Assembly (NCBI GenBank): GCA_963677485.1 | Contig: OY781964.1 | Coordinates: forward strand, 960,001-1,024,000 | Direction: 5' to 3' | Origin: Armatimonadota bacterium | Lineage (GTDB): Bacteria > Armatimonadota > HRBIN16 | Length of the DNA stretch: 64,000 nucleotides | Shown here: piece after piece, positions 1 to 10,023 of the stretch | Numbering within the stretch: the first letter of the stretch is position 1 | Layout of the letters: each line of letters begins with the position of its first letter | Program-made: the position numbers and the translations under genes | The notes under the pieces: generated by a model | Told to the model about the DNA's origin: nothing | Seen by the model: the letters and a program-made list of their open reading frames with translations, nothing else | Databases searched by the model: none

Positions 1-647
1 ATGCTGACCCTGCCATTGCCCCCAATCAAGCGGCCATCCTCTGGACAGATGGCGCATTCGTGCTGCAGAATTTGAATCCCCAAACAATCGTCAGCGTTAA
101 TAATGGAGCACCTGGCGGGTTGAAGCACGGTGATGTCATCCGCATCGGCAGCTATACCCTCAGGTTCTGCGAAAAGAAGGGACGCGTCCCGTCTGCAGTT
201 CTCGACAAGGCGAAGGCAGCCCAAAAAGTGTTGGCGGACCCGTCGGGGGCCTGCCCCTTCTGCGGAAAAATCCCCGATGTCAAGACGGGGCAGTGCCAGT
301 GCTCCGCCACGACGGCACCGCAGCCCATGCTGCCCGCTTCAACCACAAGCGCGAACGCGAGTGCAGCAGCCGAAATCCGGATAGTGAACGGCGCGCTGAG
401 TGGGCATGTGCTTCGGCTTCAACAAGCCGTGGCCATTGGACGCGACGCCAGTTGCCAACTACAGCTCACGGAAGATACGCTGGTCAGCCGTCGGCACGCA
501 CGCCTTGAGCCCCGCAACACCGCCTGGGTGGTGATCGATGAGGGCAGTAGCAACGGCACTTATGTGAACGGCAGCCGCGTGCAGGAGAGTGCGATCAAGC
601 CAGGTGACATACTGACGATCGGGCATACCACACTACAAGTGGGCTAA
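1..647 (+). CDS. Double FHA-domain protein with a Cys-rich linker (5' partial)
   Basis: The frame is open back to the window start (ADPAIAPNQAAILW...). C-terminal FHA motifs IGRD, VSRRHA, SSNGTYVNG; a degenerate N-terminal FHA (LKHGDVIRIG); CPFC-x9-CQC between them. Confidence 0.85.
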   Translation, partial: ADPAIAPNQAAILWTDGAFVLQNLNPQTIVSVNNGAPGGLKHGDVIRIGSYTLRFCEKKGRVPSAVLDKAKAAQKVLADPSGACPFCGKIPDVKTGQCQCSATTAPQPMLPASTTSANASAAAEIRIVNGALSGHVLRLQQAVAIGRDASCQLQLTEDTLVSRRHARLEPRNTAWVVIDEGSSNGTYVNGSRVQESAIKPGDILTIGHTTLQVG

Positions 648-676
648 GGTTGTTGGGGCGTTTGTAGGTAACTTGC

Positions 677-843
677 TTGGCTATGTCCGGGCGGTCTAGC
701 GGTACGCTTGAAATGACCGCTGTCTATAGACCGCGCCGGTCTTGTTCCCGACACCCATCTTTTGTGGCTATCCGCCAGACCGGCGTGGTCTCGAGTCTTC
801 TGCAGCCGCTAGCCTACGCACAGACCGCCCCGGACATAGGCAA
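677..843. repeat. ~167-bp nested palindromic element (REPIN/MITE-like), copy 1
   Basis: Outer arms ttggctatgtccgggcggtct / agaccgccccggacataggcaa; inner arms agaccgcgccggtct / agaccggcgtggtct. Homologous to 10969-11135. Confidence 0.8.
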
Positions 844-933
844 TAGAAGGGTACGGATCAGTTACGGCTTATGCTACAGTGCAAGCACGGGCGGCATTTG
901 TGGGTCAAAACGTGTGGCGTAAAACAAAAAAGT

Positions 934-1020
934 TGGTGCCGAGAGGGGGACTCGAACCCCCAAGCCCTTGCAGGCACTAGAACCTGAATCTAGCGTGTCT
1001 ACCAATTTCACCATCTCGGC
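934..1020 (-). tRNA. tRNA-Leu (anticodon CAG)
   Basis: Reverse complement GCCGAGATGGTGAAATTGGTAGACACGCTAGATTCAGGTTCTAG...GGTTCGAGTCCCCCTCTCGGCACCA; long variable arm; encoded CCA. Confidence 0.97.
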
Positions 1021-1190
1021 TCGGCATAAAATATGTTACAGCACATCGGCCGTATTGTCAAGATTAACGCATAAACGGCCCAAAATCCGCCGATAAGGCT
1101 CATATCTACCCAGATCCTTTCGTTTAGGGCTAAAATATAACAGTTGGATTAATCGAACTATCACATCAGTCTGAGATCGCGGGGGATTAT

Positions 1191-3983
1191 ATGAAAACGC
1201 TCTGGGCAGTAATAACTGTGTGTGGCATATCTATGCTTTACAGCGGTGTCGCATCTGCAAAACCTACTCCTAAGCCCATCCGTATATACAGTCGTGTATC
1301 GGATGGCAAGCAGATGATACAGCCCCCGTCTGTCGGATCACGGCTTTGGATTGCCATGGCCGGTGGAGCCATCACCCCCAATGACGAACTCCGAGCTCTG
1401 GGCACATCACTCTGGATGTTTGATGCCGACTATCTGTCCGGCTTCCACACAGGGACAGATGGCAGCAACCTGGCGAAGTTGGCGATATTGGGTGAAGACC
1501 CACAAGCCACGAAGGACACCATCCGCCGCGCTAAAATGGTGGGGTGCTTCCCGGTGATCGGCACTAATTACACGCTGCTGCTTGATGCCACATCAGCGAT
1601 ATCCCTCTATACCCCCGTCAGTCTCGCCGATGGCAGCATCACAGTGAACGCCATATCACCCTGGAGCCCATGGCTCTCCAAGCTGATGACAGACCGCTGG
1701 AGCAATCTGGCAAAAATCTGCGCCCCCGAACAGCCCGGTGTTCTTATTGGCGTGTATGGCGAAAACGGCCAGGCCGGTGGCTTCGTTGGCAACAAAGAGA
1801 TGCCGGTGCAGGATGGTCCTGATGTTTGGGTTGACAAAAAGCTCACACCAGGCTACTGGTGGGGCGATCACACTGCCCTCGAGAACTTCCAAAAAAGCAT
1901 GTTGCGCAACTATGAAACCATAGAGAAGCTAAATACCGCCTGGGGCACAGGTTACACCACCAGCACACAAATTGCACTGCCTACAGGAGCTGATTCGGGC
2001 GAACGCTACTGGCTGGATGCTCTGGCCTGGTATGCGAATGGATTCGCTTACGTGGCGGACATGCAGGCTCGTATCGTCAAACGGGTGATGCCCGATTCGC
2101 CGCGATTTCTGCCGGCTGGAATGAACCTTAACCCACGGCTTGGATCTGATATCAGCGCTATGGCGAAGGTCGCAGGACGGACCGGATGCACGCTCATACT
2201 GGAGCCAGACCGCTACGGTGCAGATGGCCGCATTTTGAACGCGTTGGGAGCCACCGCGGCCAGGTTTTATAAGGCCAACTGGATGATGGGCAGGCGCACC
2301 AGTGAAGAAATCAACCCATCGGTCAGGATGTTTGACACCATATCCGGCGGAGGTGTCGGCTGGGTAGAGTCGCAAGCTCTAGCAGCAGGCACAATGCCAG
2401 ATGTCGAGCGCAGCCTGCGTTCACTCGATATCGGCAAGCCGGTGATTGACACAGCACTGCTGCTTCCGACGGCGCAGATGCGTTTATTGTCAGGCAGAGG
2501 TTTGGCTAACCTATCGAAGAGGTATGACCAACTGCGTGACCGCTTCCCGTTGGACGTGGTGGATGAAAGGCTCATCACAGATGGAGCACTTACGGCTTAC
2601 CACACACTGTTCATCTTCAACACCTCAATGCTGGAACCTGGCACAATCAAGCAGATTGGGGAATGGGTTAAATCAGGCGGTATTCTGGTCACCGATATAG
2701 ACCAACCGATTCGGGTACCGGGAGGCAAAGCCTCCTTGTGGAACACATCAGTCGGTCTCATGAAGCCCACCAGCATCGACCCCGCATTTCTGCCCCAGAT
2801 GGTGGGCAATGCCTACCGATTTGAGCTGTCAAGCGATGAAGGCCGATACCTAAAGTGGGGCGACTGGCAGCCTTCGCAACAGCCCGATTCATCAGGATGG
2901 ATGGGCTTCACCAAAAAAGGCGGGCTAAAGCTTCCCGCTAGCGGCCAGAACAGTTACGGCTTGAGTATCACCGCCCGTGGAGAAAAGGGCAGCCGGACCA
3001 CGGTTGTCCTTGATAACAAACCCATCGGTGTGCTTGATGCCGACGGCACGGTCGTCTACAAGTTCGCGATCAACCCCAAACCGGTAGCTGGTATCAGCCA
3101 GCTCCAATTCGTGAGCAGCGGACGCAGCAGCCATGAGATCAAAACTGTAGGCGTGCAGTTGGTGGGAGCCAGCGACTTCAATGGTGCGCCCGGTGTGTGG
3201 CGGTTCAACAAACCCACGGCCACCATCGCCAAATCTGTCTTCAACGCAGTAGGCCAGGGTGGAGTGGCACTCCTGCCCACCATCACCAGCACGCATGGTC
3301 AAGATTACATCCGCGCGCTCTGCCAGGAGTTCGTGTGCAACCGAACCAATCTGATCAAGCATGCCGTTGATGCGCCGCTGATTGATGGCCTTGAAGACCG
3401 TGTTGAAACCACATTGTTGACGGACAGGCTGGTGATGCTGAACCGAAACAACAAAGATCTGACCCGCACCATCGCACTGAGCAAATTAAAAAAGGCCGGT
3501 TTAGCGGATGACGAGTTAGGTGGAGATATCAAGCTGCCGGCGAATGGCATCAACTCTATCACTATCCAGCCAAGGCCTGTTGAGCTGATGCTGGGCTGTG
3601 AGCAGTTCGTCAACCTGTATAACAACAAAGCCGAAATGCTGCAGGGTTGTCTGCCGGATGGCGTACCTAACTGTGTCGCACTAAAAGACACAGCTAAAAT
3701 CGCCACACGCTTCCCGCTCAGTGTTGCAGGTGAATATCGACTATTTGTCAGGGCCCTGAGAAATGGTGAGCCGTCTGCTGTTGATATCCGCATTAATGGG
3801 CATCCCCTATCGGGTGGAGCACCCGTTCGGACAGGCGATATGTGGTATCTGGGCAGCGCGAAGTTGGGTCGCGGTAACCACCTTCTTGAGCTGACGGGCA
3901 AAAAGTATCAAACGGTGTATGCCGACTTCATCATTCTGTCAGGCGACACACGTGTAGAAGGGTTCCGCATCGTTCAGCGGTAG
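1191..3983 (+). CDS. Secreted GH42/GH14-like glycoside hydrolase with beta-galactosidase trimerisation-like and C-terminal CBM-like domains
   Basis: Signal peptide; YETIEKLNTAWGT motif typical of GH42-like enzymes; LDVVDERLITDGAL...EWVKSGGILV trimerisation-like domain. Confidence 0.6.
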   Translation: MKTLWAVITVCGISMLYSGVASAKPTPKPIRIYSRVSDGKQMIQPPSVGSRLWIAMAGGAITPNDELRALGTSLWMFDADYLSGFHTGTDGSNLAKLAILGEDPQATKDTIRRAKMVGCFPVIGTNYTLLLDATSAISLYTPVSLADGSITVNAISPWSPWLSKLMTDRWSNLAKICAPEQPGVLIGVYGENGQAGGFVGNKEMPVQDGPDVWVDKKLTPGYWWGDHTALENFQKSMLRNYETIEKLNTAWGTGYTTSTQIALPTGADSGERYWLDALAWYANGFAYVADMQARIVKRVMPDSPRFLPAGMNLNPRLGSDISAMAKVAGRTGCTLILEPDRYGADGRILNALGATAARFYKANWMMGRRTSEEINPSVRMFDTISGGGVGWVESQALAAGTMPDVERSLRSLDIGKPVIDTALLLPTAQMRLLSGRGLANLSKRYDQLRDRFPLDVVDERLITDGALTAYHTLFIFNTSMLEPGTIKQIGEWVKSGGILVTDIDQPIRVPGGKASLWNTSVGLMKPTSIDPAFLPQMVGNAYRFELSSDEGRYLKWGDWQPSQQPDSSGWMGFTKKGGLKLPASGQNSYGLSITARGEKGSRTTVVLDNKPIGVLDADGTVVYKFAINPKPVAGISQLQFVSSGRSSHEIKTVGVQLVGASDFNGAPGVWRFNKPTATIAKSVFNAVGQGGVALLPTITSTHGQDYIRALCQEFVCNRTNLIKHAVDAPLIDGLEDRVETTLLTDRLVMLNRNNKDLTRTIALSKLKKAGLADDELGGDIKLPANGINSITIQPRPVELMLGCEQFVNLYNNKAEMLQGCLPDGVPNCVALKDTAKIATRFPLSVAGEYRLFVRALRNGEPSAVDIRINGHPLSGGAPVRTGDMWYLGSAKLGRGNHLLELTGKKYQTVYADFIILSGDTRVEGFRIVQR

Positions 3984-4108
3984 CCAGTATCCGACAGCAT
4001 AAGGGATCATCGCTTGTGGTCCCTTATGCTGACCTCATCCATTTCAACCCCGTCCTCCCCCTGGCCCGCGGCCACACCTAAGAAGATTAACAATATGAGT
4101 CAGCGAAA

Positions 4109-4199
4109 TGGTATAATTAATATGCCGGTATCTCTTTCCATACTGGCCATAGTTTGGTTTTCCGTGAAAGGAGTGGGCGGAGCGTGCCCACTCTTTTTC
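4109..4199 (+). promoter_or_regulatory. Extended -10 promoter and rimP/ylxS-type leader attenuator hairpin upstream of nusA
   Basis: TGgTATAAT at 4109-4117; GAGTGGGC-loop-GCCCACTC-TTTTT at 4171-4198, matching the conserved AGTGGG/CCCACT rimP leader. Confidence 0.7.
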
Positions 4200-4240
4200 A
4201 TACACATAGCAAACATTATTTCACACGGTGGGAGGCGGTC

Positions 4241-5296
4241 ATGCATTCTGAGCTCTTCAATCAGCTAATGATAATCGCACAAGAAAAAAAGATCCCCATG
4301 GAGAGACTTCTGAGGACACTTGAAGATTCGCTCACCGTTGCATACAGGCGTCATTACGACCCGCCCACACCAGTCTCTATCCGGTGTCAGATGTCGGAAT
4401 CGAACGATTTTACCATCACAGCAGGTCTGTTGGTCGTAGAAAAAGTCGTTAGCCGTAGTCACGAAGTGGAGTTCATGCGAGCCCGCAGGCATCAGGAAGA
4501 CTGCGAGCTGGGCGATATTGCTTTCATCCCTGTCAACTTGGAGGAATTCGGCCGTATTGCGGCTACCACCATGAGGCAGTCCCTTCAGCAGATCATACGA
4601 CAGGCTGAAGAAGACATGAAAGTGGAGCACTTCCGCGAACGTGTCGGTGAGATAGTCAACGCAAAACTGATGCGCCGCGAACGCGACTCATTCATTTTTG
4701 ACCTTGGTGATGTGGATGGCGTGCTCACTAAAGAGGAGCAGGTCCCTACCGAAAACTACAGTATGCATACCAATATGCGTGTCTACCTTCTGGAAGCCAA
4801 GAAGGAATCAAAGGGTGCGGTGGTCTACCTCTCGCGGTCACACCCAGCCCTGATCCGCAAACTGTTTGAATTAAACGTGCCCGAAATTCGTGATGGTGAC
4901 GTAGAAATCAAATCCGTCGCCAGAGAGCCAGGGGCTCGGACTAAAATATCAGTCATCTCATACAGTAACTCCATTGACCCAGTGGGTGCCTGCGTGGGAC
5001 AACGCGGAATGCGTGTGCAGGCCGTAGTCGATGAAGTGCATGACGAAAAGATTGACATCATTCGGTGGAGCGATGACCCTGTCCAATATATCGCGGAATC
5101 ACTGAACCCGGCCAAGGTGAGTCTGGTCAGGGTAATCAGTGTAGAAAATAAGCTGGCTTTAGTGGTTGTGCCCGACAACCAGCTCTCTCTTGCCATAGGC
5201 AAGCTAGGGCAAAATGTGCGATTGGCTGCCCGGTTAACCGGATGGAAAATAGATATCCGCAGCCACACTCAAATCGCGGAAATCAGTGAAGGCTAA
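4241..5296 (+). CDS. nusA: Transcription factor NusA
   Basis: FGRIAA, SRSHP, VAREPGARTK, DPVGACVG, QLSLAIGKLGQNVRLAARLTGWKIDI; ATG 4241 follows GGAGG. Confidence 0.97.
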   Translation: MHSELFNQLMIIAQEKKIPMERLLRTLEDSLTVAYRRHYDPPTPVSIRCQMSESNDFTITAGLLVVEKVVSRSHEVEFMRARRHQEDCELGDIAFIPVNLEEFGRIAATTMRQSLQQIIRQAEEDMKVEHFRERVGEIVNAKLMRRERDSFIFDLGDVDGVLTKEEQVPTENYSMHTNMRVYLLEAKKESKGAVVYLSRSHPALIRKLFELNVPEIRDGDVEIKSVAREPGARTKISVISYSNSIDPVGACVGQRGMRVQAVVDEVHDEKIDIIRWSDDPVQYIAESLNPAKVSLVRVISVENKLALVVVPDNQLSLAIGKLGQNVRLAARLTGWKIDIRSHTQIAEISEG

Positions 5297-5301
5297 TAGC
5301 T

Positions 5302-5601
5302 ATGAAAGGGGTGCCTCATAGCCCACTGCGGAGTTGCGTGGCTTGTCGCCGTCAGGCTGATAAGCGCGAACTGCTTCGCGTGATTCGCACCCCTCTAGGG
5401 GCCACTGAGGTTGATCTCAGCGGCAAACAAAACGGAAGAGGCGCGTACCTCTGTTGGAGCACCAAATGCCTTGAACAGGCTGTCAAAGCCCGGAAACTTG
5501 AGCGGGCTCTCCAAACGGCGATCTCAGATGAAACCACAAAACTCATTAGAGATGCAATTGCGACGCGCGCGAAGGAGGCAGACAATCAATGGCAGGGATA
5601 A
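5302..5601 (+). CDS. rnpM: YlxR/RnpM family RNA-binding protein (DUF448)
   Basis: PLRSCVACR...KRELLRV...GRGAYLC; lies between nusA and infB. Confidence 0.92.
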   Translation: MKGVPHSPLRSCVACRRQADKRELLRVIRTPLGATEVDLSGKQNGRGAYLCWSTKCLEQAVKARKLERALQTAISDETTKLIRDAIATRAKEADNQWQG

Positions 5602-7589
5602 CAGTAAAAGATCTCGCCGTAGAGTGCAAACTCAGTGATAAGGAGATGCTTAGCAACCTCGTTGAACTAGGCATCGATGTATCCAGCGGCACAGATACCA
5701 TAGATTTCACTACAGCACTGACTATGCGCGACATGCTCGTGAGTAATGTGCCTGTAGCAGAAGCAACCAGCATCATGGCACTGCGTGATCTGGCCCAAGT
5801 ATTTGGTGTGCAGCCACCACTGCTGCAGCAGCAGCTCATGAAAGCAGGCCTGCTGGTTGGCCTCACTCAGTCACTCAACAAAGATCAGATTGAAGAGCTC
5901 GCTTTTCATTTCAAGCGATCCATCAAGTGGCAAGAAGCGGCCAAAGCGGTGGTGCCGAAAACGGCACGGCCTACAAAGAAGGGCAGCGGACACGCTCTCA
6001 CGCCCAGACCCCCTGTAGTGACCATCCTTGGACACGTCGACCATGGCAAGACGACCCTGCTTGACGCTATCCGACACACGAATGTTGTGGATAGTGAAGC
6101 CGGCGGGATCACTCAGCACATCGGCGCCTACCAGGTGGTGATCCAGCACAAAGGCGAGCCACACAAAATCACCTTCCTTGATACCCCAGGACACGAAGCG
6201 TTCACCGCAATGCGTGCCCGTGGTGCTCAGATTACGGACATCGCCATCTTGATCGTCGCGGCTGATGACGGCGTAATGCCCCAGACAGTGGAAGCGATCA
6301 ACCATGCGAAAGCGGCCGGTGTGCCGATTATCGTAGCGGTCAACAAGATCGACAAGGAAAACGCCAACCCTGACCGCCTAAAACAGCAGCTCGCCGAGCT
6401 CAACCTTGTTTGTGAGGAATGGGGCGGCGATGTGATGTTTGTGCCCATTTCTGCTAAAAAGCGGACGGGTATCGAAAACATCCTGGAAGCTATTTTGCTT
6501 CAAGCGGAAATGCTGGAACTCATGGCCGACGCTCATGCAGAGCCAGAAGCCATCGTGGTGGAAAGCAAGATCGAACGCGGACGAGGATCAGTCACCTCCG
6601 TCATCATCACCTCGGGAACTCTCAAGGTGGGTGACTGTGTTGTTTCTGGAAGTGCTTATGGCCGTGTTCGAGCTATCACTGATGAAAAAGGCAAGACCCT
6701 CGCGAAAGCTGTCCCAGCCCAGCCTGTAGAAATCACAGGATTGAGCAAAGCACCTGAAGCGGGCGACCGCTTAGAAGTGGTGAAGAACGAGCGCACAGCA
6801 CGTCAAATCGCTCAGCGTAACGAACAGCAGGAGCGGGTTACCGCCATCGGCTCAACCGCAAAAACACAGATCACCATCAAGGACCTGCACCAGCAGATTG
6901 CAGAAGGTAAGGTGCATGAGCTCCACGTCATCGTCAAAGCTGACGTGGCGGGTTCTGCGGAAGCCATCCAACAGCAATTGGCGCGTTTGGAGCACTCCGA
7001 AGTACGTGTCCGTGTGCTCTCCTCTGCAGTGGGCAACGTCAACGAGAGCGATGTGAACCTGGCGAGTGCCAGCAACGCGTTGATCCTAGGCTTTAATGTC
7101 AAAATTGAGCCTGCCGCATTACAACTTGCGGAAGTCGCCTCTGTTGAAGTTCGCGTCTACAGCATCATCTACGAACTGCAGGAAGAGATAGAAGCCGCCA
7201 TGCGTGGCCTTCTCGAGCCCAGGATTGAAGAGAATACGCTAGGCAAAGCCGAAATTCGGACAGTGTTCAACCTTCCCCGGGGTACCGTCGCTGGCTCCTA
7301 CGTCACCGACGGCAAGATCGCCCGCGGTCAGTTGGCCAGGCTCTGGCGTGGAACCGAACAGATATGGGAAGGCCCCATTGACAGTCTGCGCCATATCAAG
7401 GATGATGTCCGTGAGATGGCAGCCGGCTATGAGTGCGGCATCGTCTTCCAGAACTTCACCGCCATCGAAGAAGGCGACATCGTGGAATGCTTCGAACGCA
7501 AGGAAGTAGCCCGCGCCGACGTCATCAAGCTTCGCCAGAACAAGATGGCACAGCAATTGGCGGAGTCTGTCGAAGAAATTCAGGCCTAA
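5589..7589 (+). CDS. infB: Translation initiation factor IF-2
   Basis: [40 protein letters not shown]. Confidence 0.98.
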   Translation: MAGITVKDLAVECKLSDKEMLSNLVELGIDVSSGTDTIDFTTALTMRDMLVSNVPVAEATSIMALRDLAQVFGVQPPLLQQQLMKAGLLVGLTQSLNKDQIEELAFHFKRSIKWQEAAKAVVPKTARPTKKGSGHALTPRPPVVTILGHVDHGKTTLLDAIRHTNVVDSEAGGITQHIGAYQVVIQHKGEPHKITFLDTPGHEAFTAMRARGAQITDIAILIVAADDGVMPQTVEAINHAKAAGVPIIVAVNKIDKENANPDRLKQQLAELNLVCEEWGGDVMFVPISAKKRTGIENILEAILLQAEMLELMADAHAEPEAIVVESKIERGRGSVTSVIITSGTLKVGDCVVSGSAYGRVRAITDEKGKTLAKAVPAQPVEITGLSKAPEAGDRLEVVKNERTARQIAQRNEQQERVTAIGSTAKTQITIKDLHQQIAEGKVHELHVIVKADVAGSAEAIQQQLARLEHSEVRVRVLSSAVGNVNESDVNLASASNALILGFNVKIEPAALQLAEVASVEVRVYSIIYELQEEIEAAMRGLLEPRIEENTLGKAEIRTVFNLPRGTVAGSYVTDGKIARGQLARLWRGTEQIWEGPIDSLRHIKDDVREMAAGYECGIVFQNFTAIEEGDIVECFERKEVARADVIKLRQNKMAQQLAESVEEIQA

Positions 7590-7811
7590 CTCCACCCTAC
7601 GACCGTTAGTTGGCTGCATAATCGGGCATCATTGCTCGTCTGCAGCCATCTTTTGGTCACTGAAGCGAAGGGGCAAAGCAGCTAAGTATACCGGCAGCCA
7701 CTATTGACCACAATCTGTGGCCACTTAGATATGCCGCTGTCAGCTCTTCAAACAGCCCGCTTACCGTGGCTTGAGTGCGACAAATGCACTCAGCTCAGAA
7801 CAGGAATGACC

Positions 7812-8165
7812 ATGAGCAGTAATATGCGCGTGAATCGTGTTGAAAGCCTCCTTCTACAGGAGCTAAGCAACATCATCCGCAACGATATGAAAGACCCCCG
7901 ACTAGAAGGCATCACCATTACCAGCGTGCGTGTAGCTGGTGACCTTGGACATGCTTGGGTAGCGGTCGCCTCCTACATGGGAGAAGCACACCGAGACGAA
8001 GCCGTAGCCGTGCTGGAAAAGCTGGCCGGAAAACTTCGTGGTGAGTTCGGACGCAGAGCCCATCTGCGAGTAGCCCCTGAGCTGCACTTTAAAGCGGATG
8101 AAGGGCTCGAGCACGGTGAGGCGATATACAGCATTCTGAAGCAGATCGAGCAGGAAGGCAAATAG
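7812..8165 (+). CDS. rbfA: Ribosome-binding factor A
   Basis: RVNRVESLL, KDPRL, DLGHA, LRVAPELHF; start chosen after AGGA. Confidence 0.93.
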   Translation: MSSNMRVNRVESLLLQELSNIIRNDMKDPRLEGITITSVRVAGDLGHAWVAVASYMGEAHRDEAVAVLEKLAGKLRGEFGRRAHLRVAPELHFKADEGLEHGEAIYSILKQIEQEGK

Positions 8166-8167
8166 CG

Positions 8168-9154
8168 ATGGATCAAGGGCTGCTAGCAGTTGTCTCAGCA
8201 TTGGAATCGGCAAGAAGTGTGGCTCTATTTACGCATGTAAACCCCGACGGTGACACGCTGGGCAGTGCCCTTGCCCTTAGCCACGCCCTGCACCGTGTAG
8301 GCAAACGCGCCACCGTGTTCAGCCACAATGGCGTGCCCGATATCTGTGCTTTTCTGCCTGGTTCCGATCAGGTGTGCTCGGAGCTGCCCGATGAGACCTT
8401 CGATCTCTACCTGGTGATCGATACCGGCGATGCGCGCAGGATTGGCAAATTCGGCGTGTTGTTTGAGGCGGGTAACCCCGCAGGCGTGATTGACCATCAT
8501 GACACTGAAGGCGGCATCGAGGGGGCGATCTACCGAGACGCCACCGCAGCCGCGACCGGCGAACTGGTGATGGAAGTCATAGAAGCGCTGGAGATACCGG
8601 TGAGTGAAGAGATCGCCATGTGCCTGTTTTCGGCGATAATCACCGACACGGGCATGCTGCGCTACCCTGCGGTGGACAGCAACACATTTCACATCTGTGC
8701 AAGGTTGCTAGAAGCAGGCAGTCATCCAGGTGAGGTATATGACCACGTCTATGAACGCCGTAGCCTTGTCAGCCAGCAACTGCTGGGATATGCCCTTGAG
8801 AGGATGAACCTAACCTTCGACGGTCATGTACTATGGACAGTCATTACCGAAGATGACTTCAAGCGCATCGGAGCCACGGACGACGACACGGAAGGCATCA
8901 CCCAGCAGATGCGCTGTGTAGGTGGGCCGCTTGTGAACATGCTGTTGCGTGAAACCAAGCCCGGCAGCTTCCGCGCTTCAGTGCGCAGTAAATCCAAGCT
9001 GGTTGATGTGGCTATATTCGCAGGTAAATTCGGCGGAGGCGGCCACAAAATGGCAGCCGGCTTCACCATTGACTGCCGTCCTGAAGAGATTGAGACGCTA
9101 GTCGTCACGGAGATGCAAAAGTGGACGGCCTTCTGCCTTTCCATAAACCACTAG
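8168..9154 (+). CDS. nrnA: DHH/DHHA1 phosphoesterase (NrnA-like)
   Basis: HVNPDGDTLGS, IDHH, DTG, GGGGHKMAAG; conserved rbfA-nrnA-truB synteny. Confidence 0.88.
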   Translation: MDQGLLAVVSALESARSVALFTHVNPDGDTLGSALALSHALHRVGKRATVFSHNGVPDICAFLPGSDQVCSELPDETFDLYLVIDTGDARRIGKFGVLFEAGNPAGVIDHHDTEGGIEGAIYRDATAAATGELVMEVIEALEIPVSEEIAMCLFSAIITDTGMLRYPAVDSNTFHICARLLEAGSHPGEVYDHVYERRSLVSQQLLGYALERMNLTFDGHVLWTVITEDDFKRIGATDDDTEGITQQMRCVGGPLVNMLLRETKPGSFRASVRSKSKLVDVAIFAGKFGGGGHKMAAGFTIDCRPEEIETLVVTEMQKWTAFCLSINH

Positions 9155-10023
9155 GGATTACTTCACGACGCGCGGTTGACATCGTGCGTCGGCACCTCCA
9201 CGAAAAAAGAGCTGGACATGCCGGCACGCTGGATCCGGAAGCGGAAGGTCTTCTGCTGATCTGCCTTGGGCGGGCCACACGGCTGGTAGACAGCATCCAT
9301 GAACTGCCCAAAACATACATCGCCGGTCTCACCCTGGGACGCGATTCTGACACTCAGGATGCCTCAGGAGTGGTGTTACACAAGCAAGACAGCTCACATA
9401 TCACTGAAGCCGATTTGCGATGCTCCCTGAAGCAGTTCACGGGCGATATCATGCAGATGCCCCCCATGTACTCCGCATGCCATCACAATGGTGAACGGCT
9501 GTATGACCTGGCACGCCAGGGGATCACTGTAGAGCGTCCGTTACGCCCTGTCACAATACACCGTCTCGAGCTCATCGACTTCACCCCAGGTAACCCAGCA
9601 CAAGCCCACATCGAGATAGAATGCAGCACGGGAACCTACATCCGAACCCTCTGCCATGACATCGGCCAGGCTCTGGGATGCGGCGGCCTCATGCACTCGC
9701 TAAACCGCACCTCGATAGGACCTTTCACGGTTGAGAGCGCCTTGACGGAAGACAAACTTGATGAGGGATGGCCCGGTGCGCTCATCCATACACAGACGCT
9801 GCTGCCCGAGCTCTACCCTCCGGTCACATTCAATTTGTTTGAGCAGACAAGGCTCTACAACGGCTTGTTAGTGCGTGTGGCGGATAAAGTGCCCCTAGAG
9901 GTTACAAGCGGGCTATTTGCGGGTGTGAACGAGCAAGGGCTCGGGTTCGCTACGGTCAGCCTGGAAGAAGGCCAGTTTCGCCCAGTTAAGGTATTTGGAT
10001 TATTGGAGGATGTCGAGAGATGA
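9121..10023 (+). CDS. truB: tRNA pseudouridine(55) synthase
   Basis: KPLGITS, GHAGTLDP, QMPPMYSA, CSTGTYIRTL. Confidence 0.96.
   Translation: MDGLLPFHKPLGITSRRAVDIVRRHLHEKRAGHAGTLDPEAEGLLLICLGRATRLVDSIHELPKTYIAGLTLGRDSDTQDASGVVLHKQDSSHITEADLRCSLKQFTGDIMQMPPMYSACHHNGERLYDLARQGITVERPLRPVTIHRLELIDFTPGNPAQAHIEIECSTGTYIRTLCHDIGQALGCGGLMHSLNRTSIGPFTVESALTEDKLDEGWPGALIHTQTLLPELYPPVTFNLFEQTRLYNGLLVRVADKVPLEVTSGLFAGVNEQGLGFATVSLEEGQFRPVKVFGLLEDVER

Noticed and set aside
844-1020. tRNA-Leu as an integration site for a genomic island
   Set aside because: No integrase and no duplicated tRNA 3' end were seen; most sequence downstream of the tRNA lies outside the window.
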